From assembly GCF_000143415.4 (NCBI RefSeq), contig NW_003314269.1:3602673-3666672 (forward strand): a stretch of DNA of 64,000 nucleotides. The letters are read 5' to 3'. Source of the DNA: Selaginella moellendorffii. Taxonomy: Eukaryota > Plantae > Lycopodiophyta. The notes under the pieces are model-generated. The model saw nothing but the letters and a program-made list of their open reading frames with translations. It made no database searches and was not told the DNA's origin. The translations under genes were made by a program, and so were the position numbers. Positions 24,901 to 35,135 of this stretch are shown one piece after another. Position 1 is the first letter of the stretch, and each line of letters begins with the position of its first letter.

Positions 24901-25957
24901 TCCTCCCAGGGTGGTATATGTGGACGAGGACTATGGATCAAAATGGGTGGACAGTGAAGGCAAAGGCATCGGCAGGATGAAGCCCGTCAACTCCGACGAA
25001 GACAGCGTCGACATGTCCGTCTCCAAAGCGCACAAGCTAATAGGTGCTGCCAGAGTTTTCTACATCATGGCCGATATCGCAAGGCGTGCCACCCTGGGAA
25101 TAGTCTTTGGAGTGCATCCTGGAAGCGAAGTCTCGTGGAGGCAGCTCTCTCTGGCGCTGGCAGTCACTCTGATCCAGCTTCTTTACCTGGTACTTTTCAA
25201 GCCTTACATTCGGAGGGGCGTGCATTTGGTGGAGAGCGTGTCGCTGCTGTGCGAGCTTGCGGTTTTCAGCATCGGGATGGCCCTGTTACCCGACGACCAC
25301 TCGTCCGACAACCGGAGAAGCCTGGGCATCGCCATGGTGACGCTGCTGCTGTCGAGCTTCATGTGCCAGCTGATAAACGAGTGGTACGCGCTCATGGAGA
25401 AGCTGCTCAAGCTCTCGGCTCCCCAGGAGCCATCGTTCAAGGCGGGGATGAGGATGCTGGGGAAAGGACTGGTTTTTCCATTCATCCCGCAGAGAAAGTG
25501 GCCCAAGTTCATCACTCCTCCGCAGCAGCCGAGGATCGGACTGGTCCCCGTGGTGCATCTCAGCCCGTCCCCGGACTTCCAACAACGCAGCAAAGTTCTT
25601 CCCTCGAGCTCGCCGATCTCCTTCACCGAGACGGGCGGTCCGGCCTACGATCCAGGCTCCCCCTCGCTCGTCGATCCTCGCAGCCTGGGCCAGCAGTCGA
25701 GGGCTTCGTCCGGCTCCGGGAGGCTCCTCCAACCAGCGGGATCGTTCCACAAGGTTCCAGGCCATTGGTCGAGGTCGGTGTCGTTCGAAGGCAAGAAGAC
25801 GAGGCCGTCGAGGTCGGACACGAACTCGAGCGAGCTGAAAACTCTGCGCGAGCTGGCCAGGGCCAGCTTTCCAGGCTCTAAGAGGGAGGAGCAGCAGCAG
25901 AGCAGCGCCATGGATTCAAGCCAGATAGGTGCCGAGGATCATCACGGCACGAGCTGA
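21973..25957 (+). CDS. uncharacterised large membrane protein: signal peptide, Ig-like beta-sandwich repeats, multi-pass TM C-terminal domain (At3g48200-like)
   Basis: MASLLWILSLLSGCLWAQAQ signal peptide; beta-rich repeats (DGDHVFEVS..YNWTV, DLAGNKF, EFSEPVF, DIAGNPN); hydrophobic helices after GHLQVFALS..PVEYSE..WFIP; many short introns. Confidence 0.8.
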
Positions 25958-26194
25958 GCGAGCTTACCAACACACAACTTTTTTGTAACTCTACAAAGGA
26001 TTTATTGTAAAGTGTTATTAGTCATTCCGTTGGAAAATGGAGGACCAGCGCATGTTTCGATCCCGTGAAGAACTCGTTGTTTCTGGAATGGCAGAAAAGG
26101 GAGAAAACAGAAATAGATCCTGAGCTACCTCCATCAAACGCTGAATGCGGCCAAGTCGATCTAGATGTGATCACGCACGATTTCCTGCGGCTTA

Positions 26195-26700
26195 GCATTT
26201 CGCTTCTAACGCACTTCCAGCACTGGAGCGAGCCGAGTCTCCGTGGATCCACTCTCTCCTTGATCGCCTTGAGCCGCCGAGTACTTCTCCCCGAGGAATG
26301 CGTCCTGCCAGCCTCGTTCTTGTAGCATCCTCCGCCGGGTGTGATGTTGCGGAGATGAGGTAAGAAACTGGAAGATTTGCTGCCGCTCCTCTACAGTCGT
26401 GCTGTCGTTCCAGGTCCTGGAGAGGCTAACACGCCACAGAGCCTCCCTCCAAGGCAGCGCTGCATGGTGGTGACGCCCGAGTAGTGTCAAAACCCGGAGT
26501 TGTTCCGGGCTCTCAAAGGTGGCGGACTTTTGGCGCCATTGTTTCCGTGACATACTGGACTTTCCCTGGTCTTGAACTCAGCTTACGTGCAAACTCTGTT
26601 TGTTGCTGCGTCTGCCACTCGTTGGGATCTAGTTTGTGGAAGTCACACCTTCCTTGGGTTGCTGGCTACTTCTACCTCTACACGAAATATCGGCAGCATG
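26195..26700. pseudogene. rearranged pseudogene of the FAD-linked oxidoreductase: C-terminal piece on minus (~26195-26452), middle piece inverted on plus (~26464-26700)
   Basis: Minus strand reads WREALWRVSLSRTWNDSTTVEERQQIFQFLT..WQDAFLGEKYSA. Plus strand reads CQNPELFRALKGG..TFGAIVSVTYWTFP..YVQTLFVAASATR..VAGYFYLYTKY. Many short deletions. Confidence 0.85.
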
Positions 26701-27531
26701 AAAGAGAGGATGGTGAACGAACATATTTGCTTCTTTTTATGTTTCCACAATCCCAAATTTACCTGGAAAATCAAAATGCTCCTCAGAGCTTTTATTTACT
26801 GACTCTATTATTCAAGCAAAGACAAAACACTACATGAAGACTTGTGGTGGGGATTCATGCCAAGACTTGCCTGCTCAACTTCTACAGGAAGACCTGGATC
26901 AAGTCTAGTGTATGTAAATACTTGCAAAGGCTCTTCTAAACATTGGAGCTATTGGAGCTAACAACAACCCAACAGAAGAGGGAAAAAAATAAAATAAAAA
27001 TGGAGAACAAAAGTTGTAAAAAAGATGCAAATTTCCATGGAAAGATCCCATGCAAAGCAAACAGAAATATTGAAGATTTAATTGTGAAAAAATTTCTATT
27101 GGCCTGTGGCTTGATGCCTACAATAGAACACAATGATCTGGAACCACAATGCCTATAATTTTCATAAAAACCAAGCTTTATGAAATTTTCTGATGCAACC
27201 AAAAGGAAACAACTTGTATTCCTTGTAAGTAAGATGTAAGCTACAATCCACCACGCTTACAATCCATCATGCTTTATGTAAGTTTCCTTTAATATGGACT
27301 TTGGCTACTTATATACATTCCTTGTAGATATAAAATTTTAAATCCACCATGTTTCATGCAAGCACCACACTTATTTGCAAATTCACTCTTTAATTTTGAC
27401 TGCCTGCAAAATTACCTATCCTCAAAAGACATGTAGCTTCTAACCCTAAACTTTCATAATTATATAGCTGTCATTGTTTTTCGTGCTCCGAAAACAAATG
27501 TATTACTTTTATTTAGGGCTCTAGTCGGGGT

Positions 27532-29298
27532 CTATGTGAGTGAGGTATGTTGCGATTTTCGATTTCCTGCGGCTTTGCAGTTGCCTTGGACCAGATTTTC
27601 GCTTCCAACGCACTTCCAGCACAGGAACAAGCGGGTTGGATCCACGCTCTCCTTGATCGCCTTGAGCGCCGAGTACTTCTCCCCGAAGAACGCGTCCTGC
27701 CAGTATGGCTCGAAGTAGTCCGCCTCGTTCTTGTAGCACCCTCCGCCGGGCGTGATGTTGCGAAGAATGTCGTCGGTCGTGGTAAGATACTGGAAGATTT
27801 GCTGCCGCTCTTTCACAGTCGTGCTGTCGTTCCAGGTCCGGGAGAGGCTGACATGCCACAGAGCGTCCCTCCAGACAGCGCTCAGGGAATTGTTCCTGCC
27901 CTGGACGCTCGCTGCCGCGCCTCCAAACACGAACAAGCCGAAGATGGGACTGAAGCTCCGCTCGAAGAGAATTCTCACGAGGGCGTTTGTCAGCACCGCC
28001 GGTGAGTCCTGGATGATCGTCCTGGGCATGAACCGCGTTGCCAGAGCCCGAGGCGCGCCTGTTAGATCGGTGCACACTCCGGGATTGGTCGCGCAGAGGA
28101 CTCCGTCGTGCCACTGGACGAAGTTTGGATACGAGGTGACGGTGTAGGTGATGACGAGGAGCTGGGGATGCCCCTCGACGTAGGAAACCAGGGGAGCAAA
28201 CGCCGCCCGTGCCTCCGCGGCTGTTCCATTCGGCAGCACGAAAGAGAGGGTGATATAGTTCGTGTAGAGGAAGAAGTAGCCGGCAAGCCGAGCTTCGTCC
28301 ATGGAAGGCGTGACTTCCACAAACTTGGCGATCAGATCTTCGTGGCTGGAGCGAGTGGCAGACGCAGCGATGAACAGAGTCTGGACGTAGCCGAGCTGGA
28401 GATCAGGGAAAGTCCGGTACGTCGCGGAAACAACGACGCCGAAAGTTCCTCCGCCGCCACCTTTGAGAGCCCAGAACAGGTCCGGGTTTCGGCACCGGTT
28501 GGCTACTCGGACTCGTCCATCAGCCGTCACCACCGTGAACTCGAGAGCATTGTCAGCAGCGTAGCCGAAAGTCCGCGACAAAGGCCCGTGGCCACCGCCT
28601 TGGACGAAGCCTCCGGCAGCACTCGGGGAGGATCCCATCGGCCCGACGGCAACCCGGTTCCTCTGGCGCAGAAAGTCGTAGAGGAAGTCCCAAGTAACAC
28701 CAGGCTGGGCAGTCACAGCAGGGACCGGATCACTTACTGGACAACTTTGCGGAACGAAAGAGTCGTTCGTGAAGATGTTTGTGAGATGGTGGAGCCAGAT
28801 GCACAGCGAGCCAGGCGCAGTGCTCCGGCCAAGCCAGTCGTGCCCGCTCGATTTGATCACCAGCCGCAAGTTATACTTCTTGGCGAAGACGACTCCGGCC
28901 TGGATGTGAGACACACTGGAAACGTTGATGGCGTAGATGGAGACGTCGTCTTGGTAGCAGGGACTGGAAAGAGCGCCGGTTCCATTCAGCGGGCAGCCGA
29001 AACCGGTGATGCCGGACTCCCAGTTCGGATACTGCATAGCTCCGACAACCTCGCTCCTCGCGAACGGATTGTTTTGGAGCTGCCTAGCAGCGCTGCAAGC
29101 GACCGGATCGTATTGCGGAGTGTGGCACGGCCAGGCGTATGGCTTTGGTGCGAGGAGGCGGCCATCGATGGAGCGATTGAAAGCTGACCAGATTGTGGAG
29201 CTTGGCCAGCAGGAGCTCCGAGGCGTGCATTTGCAGCTGCTCTCTCCATAGCTGCTAAGCAGGAGAGAGAGAAGAATCAGATGAAAGGACAATTCCAT
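27532..29298 (-). CDS. secreted FAD-linked oxidoreductase (BBE/VAO superfamily, fungal-type), intronless, copy 1
   Basis: 588-aa uninterrupted ORF with signal peptide; CKCTP.SSCWPS..WSAFNRSIDGRLL, IKSSGHDWLGRSTAPGSL, GGFVQGGGHGPLS, DLFWALKGGGGGTFGVV, BBE C-terminus YKNEAD...FFGEKYSALKAIK..VDP..LF.C..CVGSE. Confidence 0.95.
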   Translation of the reverse strand: MELSFHLILLSLLLSSYGESSCKCTPRSSCWPSSTIWSAFNRSIDGRLLAPKPYAWPCHTPQYDPVACSAARQLQNNPFARSEVVGAMQYPNWESGITGFGCPLNGTGALSSPCYQDDVSIYAINVSSVSHIQAGVVFAKKYNLRLVIKSSGHDWLGRSTAPGSLCIWLHHLTNIFTNDSFVPQSCPVSDPVPAVTAQPGVTWDFLYDFLRQRNRVAVGPMGSSPSAAGGFVQGGGHGPLSRTFGYAADNALEFTVVTADGRVRVANRCRNPDLFWALKGGGGGTFGVVVSATYRTFPDLQLGYVQTLFIAASATRSSHEDLIAKFVEVTPSMDEARLAGYFFLYTNYITLSFVLPNGTAAEARAAFAPLVSYVEGHPQLLVITYTVTSYPNFVQWHDGVLCATNPGVCTDLTGAPRALATRFMPRTIIQDSPAVLTNALVRILFERSFSPIFGLFVFGGAAASVQGRNNSLSAVWRDALWHVSLSRTWNDSTTVKERQQIFQYLTTTDDILRNITPGGGCYKNEADYFEPYWQDAFFGEKYSALKAIKESVDPTRLFLCWKCVGSENLVQGNCKAAGNRKSQHTSLT

Positions 29299-29700
29299 GG
29301 CTTGCTGGACTTCTCTTCCTTGTGCCTACTTAAAGCGTGTGTGGACCACAACACGATCACTTCGGCGACGTAAGTGTCCTGCCTTTTCTTCTTTCGCTCC
29401 AAAGTCTTTCATAACGACGCTTGGATTTAATCAGGTCTTGGAGTATATTGTCAAATGTGAGTTTCTTTTATGATCTTGGCAGCAGCCAAACCCGGAAGAT
29501 ATATTCGACCCAAAAATTCCAAGTGAAAGGTTTGATGCAAGTTCCACGTTGTTTTCGCTGGATGGTAAGCTAACATTTTCCAGACGTTTCAGCAACGCCA
29601 GCACTGTCCTGTTTCGCGTATCGGTTTTGGCTAGCATTTATACTCGACTTTCCCGCGATAGAAATGGTAAGTCTCTTTTACTCTTGCGTAAGAACAATTT

Positions 29701-31449
29701 CTAAGAAGCTCCACCTTGAACCAGGCTTTCACTTCCAACGCACTTCCAACACAAGAACAGGCCAGTCGGATCCACGCTCTCCTTGATGGCCTTGAGCGTC
29801 GAGTACTTCTCACCAAAGAACGACTCCTCCCAGTATGGCTCGAAGTAATCTCCTTCGTTCTTGTAACACCCTCCGCCAGGCGTGATGCTTCGAAACAGAC
29901 CATTCGTGGAGGTGAGACTTCGAGAAAACTGATATCGCTCCTCCACACTCGTGCTCTCGTTCCAGGTCCTAACGATAAGTACATGCCACAGAGCCTCCCT
30001 CCAGACGGCACTCAGGGCATTGTTCCTGCCTTGGACGCTCGATGCTGCGCCTCCAAACACAAACAAGCCGAAGATGGGACTGAAGTTACGTTCAAACAGA
30101 ACTCGCATGAGGGTGTCGGTCAGCACAGCTGGTGATTCCTGGAAGATCTTCTTGGGCATGAACCGCGTCGCGAAAAGCCCGCTTGTGCCGGTTGCATCGG
30201 TGCACAGTACTGGATTGACTGCGCAGAGAACTCCGTCATGCCACTGGACGAAAGTGTCGTGGGAAGTGACGGTGTTGTTGACGACCGAGAGCTCCGGGTT
30301 CTTATCGACGTAAGAAACCAGGGGAGCAAACGCAGCCTGTGCTTCCGCGACTGTTCCATTCGGCAGCACGAAAGAGATGATTACGAGGCTGGTGTAGATG
30401 TAGAAGTAGCCGGCAAGCCGAGCTTCGTCCATGGCAGGCGTGACTTCCACAAACTTGGCGACGAGATCCCTGTGGCTCGAGGGGCTGGAAGACGCAGCGA
30501 TGAACAGTGTGTGAAGGTAGCCAAGCTTGAGCTCAGGAAAAGTCCGGTACGTCGCGGAAACCACGACACCGAAAGTCCCTCCGCCGCCACCTTTGAGAGC
30601 CCAGAACAACTCCGGGTTTTGACACTGGTTGGCTACTCGGACTCGTCCATCAGCCGTCACCACCTTGAGCTCGAGAGTATTGTCAACAGCGTAGCCGAAA
30701 GTTCTTGACAGAGGCCCGTGGCCACCGCCTTGGACGAAACCTCCGGCAGCACTCAGGGAGGATGCCATAGGCCCGACGGCGACTCGTCCTCTGGGGTCGA
30801 GGAAATCATAGAGAGACTTCCAAGTTACTCCAGGCTGGGCAGTCACAGCAGCGAGCGGATCACTCCCCGGACAACTCTCGGGAACGAAGGAATCGTCCGT
30901 GAAGATGTCCGTGAGGTGGTGGAGCCAGATACACAGGGAACCAGCGGCAGTGCTCCGGCCAAAGTAGTCATGCCCGGTGGACTTGATCACCAGCCGCAAG
31001 TTAAACTTTCGCGCGAAGAGAACTCCGGCCTGGACGTGAGAGACGCTGGAGACGTTGATGGCGTACGCGGAGACTTGGTCCTGGTAGCAGGGAGTGGAAA
31101 GAGCGCCGCTTCCATTCAGCGGACAGCCGAGACCAGCGATGCCCGACTCCCAGGTTGGAGTTTGCATGGCCCCGACCACGTCGCTTCGCGCGAAGGGATT
31201 GTTTTGGAGCTGCCTAGCAGCGCTGCAAGCGGCCGGATCGTATTGCGGAGTGTGGCACGGCCAGGCGTATGGCTTTGGTGCGAGGAGGCGGCCATCGATG
31301 GAGCGATTGAAAGCCGACCAGAGTGTGGAGCTTGGCCAGCAGGAACTCCAAGGCGTGCACTTGTGGCCTCCATCGCTGCTAAGCAGGGAGAGTGGACTTA
31401 AGATCGAAAGGAGGAGGAGGAGGAGACGAGCAGGATGGAAGAACTCCAT
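29701..31449 (-). CDS. secreted FAD-linked oxidoreductase (BBE/VAO superfamily, fungal-type), intronless, copy 2
   Basis: 582-aa ORF colinear with copy 1; IKSTGHDYFGRSTAAGSL and the same FAD-binding and BBE motifs. Confidence 0.95.
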   Translation of the reverse strand: MEFFHPARLLLLLLSILSPLSLLSSDGGHKCTPWSSCWPSSTLWSAFNRSIDGRLLAPKPYAWPCHTPQYDPAACSAARQLQNNPFARSDVVGAMQTPTWESGIAGLGCPLNGSGALSTPCYQDQVSAYAINVSSVSHVQAGVLFARKFNLRLVIKSTGHDYFGRSTAAGSLCIWLHHLTDIFTDDSFVPESCPGSDPLAAVTAQPGVTWKSLYDFLDPRGRVAVGPMASSLSAAGGFVQGGGHGPLSRTFGYAVDNTLELKVVTADGRVRVANQCQNPELFWALKGGGGGTFGVVVSATYRTFPELKLGYLHTLFIAASSSPSSHRDLVAKFVEVTPAMDEARLAGYFYIYTSLVIISFVLPNGTVAEAQAAFAPLVSYVDKNPELSVVNNTVTSHDTFVQWHDGVLCAVNPVLCTDATGTSGLFATRFMPKKIFQESPAVLTDTLMRVLFERNFSPIFGLFVFGGAASSVQGRNNALSAVWREALWHVLIVRTWNESTSVEERYQFSRSLTSTNGLFRSITPGGGCYKNEGDYFEPYWEESFFGEKYSTLKAIKESVDPTGLFLCWKCVGSESLVQGGAS

Positions 31450-31820
31450 GCTCGGTAAAAACTTCCTTTGCTTCCATTCGCTAAGTAATGAGCAGTGTCA
31501 CCCATGCAAGCAAGCCTGACTTTGATTGCATGGTTAAAGTAGAACACTAACATATTTGATAAACTAGTACCAAAATGATTATAGTTTCAGAGTTTAATCG
31601 AAGGACAATACTTCCATGAGCTTCAAAACTAGTGTTCTTGGCGAACTTTTTTTTTTTTCAGGAAGGCGAGGAGAATGGAAGGACTCCATGCTCGGTAAGA
31701 ACTTCTTTCGCTTGTTTCTGACTTTGATCGCACGCATGGTTGTTCTAGAGCTTTAATCGAAGGACAATACTTCCATGAGCTTCTAAACGAGTGTTCTTCA
31801 TCTTGGCGAAGAAAAAAAGC
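31428..31820. repeat. tandem duplication of the 5' end/upstream region of oxidoreductase copy 2
   Basis: ggatggaagaactccatgctcggtaaaaacttc (~31433) recurs as gaatggaaggactccatgctcggtaagaacttc (~31673). tttaatcgaaggacaatacttccatgagcttc occurs at ~31593 and ~31752. Confidence 0.8.
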
Positions 31821-31830
31821 TGTTTTTTTT

Positions 31831-33356
31831 TCATCCTTTCCACACGGTTTTTGTTGGTGGCGAGCTTGGCTTTCCAACTGGATTGTCACTGTTCGCAGTG
31901 GTGCGCTTCTTTTCGGACTCGAGCAGAGCTCTGATGTTTGCGTCGATGCTGGAGAGCATTTGCTTGATATCACCCCGGCCCTTGCCTTGGACTTCCGGAT
32001 CCTCGCATAAGTTGTGCATCTCGAGGAGCGTGTTTGCTAGCGCGCTTGGCACGTCTCTGTCTCTTTCCTTCTCTTTCTCCTTCGCAAAGCTCACGGAAGT
32101 GGAAGGGACTGATCTTCTCGGAGACTTTGGAGTGGCCGGAGAGGCCGGAGAGGCCGGAGATCGAGGGGACATGACGAGGCCGATTCTGGCCCTGGCACGA
32201 AAAGATAAAGAAAAAAGTGTGAGAGATCATATCGTGCATGAGTGTTTTGCAAGGCACGGCACTGCGACTGCTTAGCTTACATGCGTTCCGCAGTGGGAGA
32301 CGTCGGCGCCTGAGAGCTTTCGTCCTTTTTACTGCTCTGAAAAAACAAAAAAATAAACATGATTTCATTCTGGACGTGATCTTGAACGATCAGTTTCAAC
32401 AAGAAAACAAGACCAAACTTGAGAGTGGCTGAAAGGGAGATCTAGAAACGTATAAACAAGAACAAAAAAATTCTAAAAGAAAGCGAAGAAAGTGATTGTA
32501 CCTTAACTGGGACTCCAGATTTCTGAATGACCGCATGAACATTGTCCAGGAGAACTTGCACATCTTTGTCCAGAGCATCGGTGCTTCCACCCGTGACGTT
32601 CCAGCTTTCGCGTTCCAGGTCCTTCTGTAGCTTCCTCAGCATTTTCACCATGGATATGGTTTCTCCAAGGTCGTCACCCTGGAGGCTCACTTCTGCGCAA
32701 ACGAGGAGACACAAAGAACACTATTTTTCAATGAGGCAAGAGCTGGCTACGAATGGAGGAAAGAAAATAAAAGAGCAAAGACGGAAAAAGTGTTACTCGC
32801 CCCATAGACTTCCAAGCATCCATCCAACCGTGGCTTTCTTGCGGAGAGCTTTCACCTCGGCCTCGAGCTTCAACTTCGCCCAGTCGTCTCTCTTTCTTCG
32901 GTAACCAGTCAGTTCTTCCTTTTTCTGGAGCTCCTGGTTTAATTCTCGAATCTTGCTTTCGAGTTCCTGCAACAAAGAAAACTCCACGTTCGTTAGTTTC
33001 GCGAAGAACAAAAGAACTCAAGAAAGAAAACTCTCTAAGAGGAAGGAGAAGAAGTTCCTATCTCCCAAGAACAACCGAGAGCGCGCCAAGAACTTTACTT
33101 TGACTCGCCTGGGTTCTCCGTCGTGCAGCCCATCGTGCTTGGATTTTGGCCCGGGTCCGAGCGAAAAACCCATCTCTAGCCTTTTCTTGAGCTCTTTGTT
33201 CTCCGCCTCGAGCGAGGTTTGCTTCTTCTGGAAATCCTGCTTTTGCTTGTCATAGACACCTTCCATGGATCGCAAGCACTCGGCAAGCTTGGCATTCCTC
33301 TTCTCATACTCGTCCGCAATCTCCTGCCTTATCTGGGAGAAAAAACTCTCCTCCAT
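31831..33356 (-). CDS. uncharacterised coiled-coil protein (multi-exon)
   Basis: Heptad-rich exons (EIADEYEKRNAKLAECLRSME..LEAENKELKKRLE; ELESKIRELNQELQKKEEL) and an SP-rich last exon, separated by short GT-AG introns. Confidence 0.6.
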
Positions 33357-33571
33357 GGCGATCAGCCCATGGCGATCTCATCCCACGCTCAAGATCCCTG
33401 TCCCTGAAACGATCGATCAACGAAAGACGAGAATGCGGCAGTGGCGCCACTCACCAGATCGCCTCGCGCTTCCTTCCCGGCTGTTAACAGTGTTCTTCCG
33501 GGGCGCCATTTAATGCGCTAAACCCTAATTTCCCTGGCTAGGGCAAATATTCGCGACTCTGGGGAGAAGCT

Positions 33572-34661
33572 ATGACGGAGGTAAGATCGCTGCTTGGCTG
33601 CTCGATTCTCGACTAGATCTTGAATGGAAATCGTGTGGGCGCAGTACTGGGTGAGCCAGGGGAACAAATGGTGCGAGTTTTGCCGGATTTTCATTGCAAA
33701 CAATGCCGTGAGCATCCGATCGCACGAGCTGGGGCTGCGGCACAAGGACAATGTCGCGAAGAAGGTTTCGAAGATCCACAAGGACAGCATTAACAAGGAG
33801 AAGGAGGAGCTACGATCGATTAAAGAGCTGGAACACATCGAATCTGTAAGTCAAGGAGTTTTTCCTTTTCTTTCTGGAGCAGTGCTTTTGTGTTCGTCCC
33901 ACTACTTAAGTGGTTTTTCTTTGTTTCCTTTTAGAAAGCAGTGAGGAAGTACCAGAATGACATTGCCGATGGCAATAGTTCTCTGGCGACTCCAACGCTG
34001 ACGGCCTCCAAGATTTACGAGTGTACAACATCTGGAAGCCAACATACTTACAGTGGCAAGAGCACAGTAGCTCAACGTTCTCAGATCGAAGAAGCTAAGC
34101 AAGGTAGGCTTTTGATTCTCTCCTTTTTTTCCTCGTTTTTCGTGGTTTTCTTACTGTTAATGTTTCTCCTCCCTTGTGTAGAATGGTTCAGTGATTCTGC
34201 TACAGGCTACCAGTTCAATCCAGCTACTGGTCACTACTTCGACCCGAAGTCTGGTTTTTACTATAGCGATGTTCTAGGTGAGGATACGTTTTGTTCTTTC
34301 CTTTTCCAAGTCTGACTTCTTGAGTGTGCAAACAATAGGACAATGGACAACCGAAGCAGAAGCTCTTAAAGCAGCCAGGCTTTCCAAATCATCCGGTGCT
34401 ACTGTTTCAAAGAAAAACCTTCCTCCTGTGCCTGGCAAACTGGGATCGTCCAAGCCTCAACCAGCAGCCGACGTGAAGGGGAGGCCCTCGGCATTCGCGG
34501 TCACAGCAGCAGCCGCCAACAACAACAACAACAAGAGAAAGAGAGACAACCGGAAGCAAAACTCGACCGAGGAGGCCAGAGCTCAAGCGGAGCGAGAGGC
34601 CGCCAGGAAAAGAGTCCAGGAACGTGAGAAATCTTCGCTGGGATTGTACCAAGCTTACTGA
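33572..34661 (+). CDS. ZOP1: U1/matrin-type zinc finger and OCRE-domain protein (ZOP1-like)
   Basis: 9-nt first coding exon (MTE), then YWVSQGNKWCEFCRIFIANN..SIRSHELG.RHKDNV, OCRE-like GYQFNPATGHYFDPKSGFYYSD.LG, and C-terminal REAARKRVQEREK..LGLY. Confidence 0.9.
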
Positions 34662-35135
34662 AACGTCACGGGTTGCGGAAGTGAGAAAACAGAGGATGAG
34701 TAAATCGACAGCCAGAAGCAAGCTATTGCTTCCAAATCGATTGGATCAAGCCAAGTGTATGTATTTTACTTTTTTTCTTCCAGGTTTACGGACTAAACTC
34801 TCAAAAAATTTCTCAGTTGTTCCAGGTTGATGAAAAATAAGTTCTCGATTCGAGTTCGCTTGTGCTTATTTCGTGATACACAGCTTCCCAGAATTTGGGA
34901 GAACTCAGGTGGCGAGTGGTGGAATCTGGACGGTTACAATGCCGGCACGTTGCGGAATAGCCAACGGCTGGGATCGCCGCCTTGACTCGTACGTTTTTCC
35001 GTACGCTAAAGAGAAGCTCCCTGCTTTGATTCCGAGTGTTTCGCGTTGGCACGAACTTTGTGTTTGAATGGGGGAGCGACGAGGAGCTAGGGTTTGGTGC
35101 GCCTAAAGATCTCTCGCGGCGTCATCGCCAATCCC

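Noticed and set aside
28108-29187. Long antisense ORFs (also 30718-31401, 5430-6140, 25135-25881 and 53710-54783)
   Set aside because: Shadow or alternate-frame ORFs of GC-rich coding sequence, or read-through across introns, with no recognisable domains.
27532-31449. Fungal contamination as the source of the oxidoreductases
   Set aside because: They are embedded among plant genes, with a locally decayed pseudogene and a duplicated 5' flank, which fits genuine genomic residence. Long reads would confirm.
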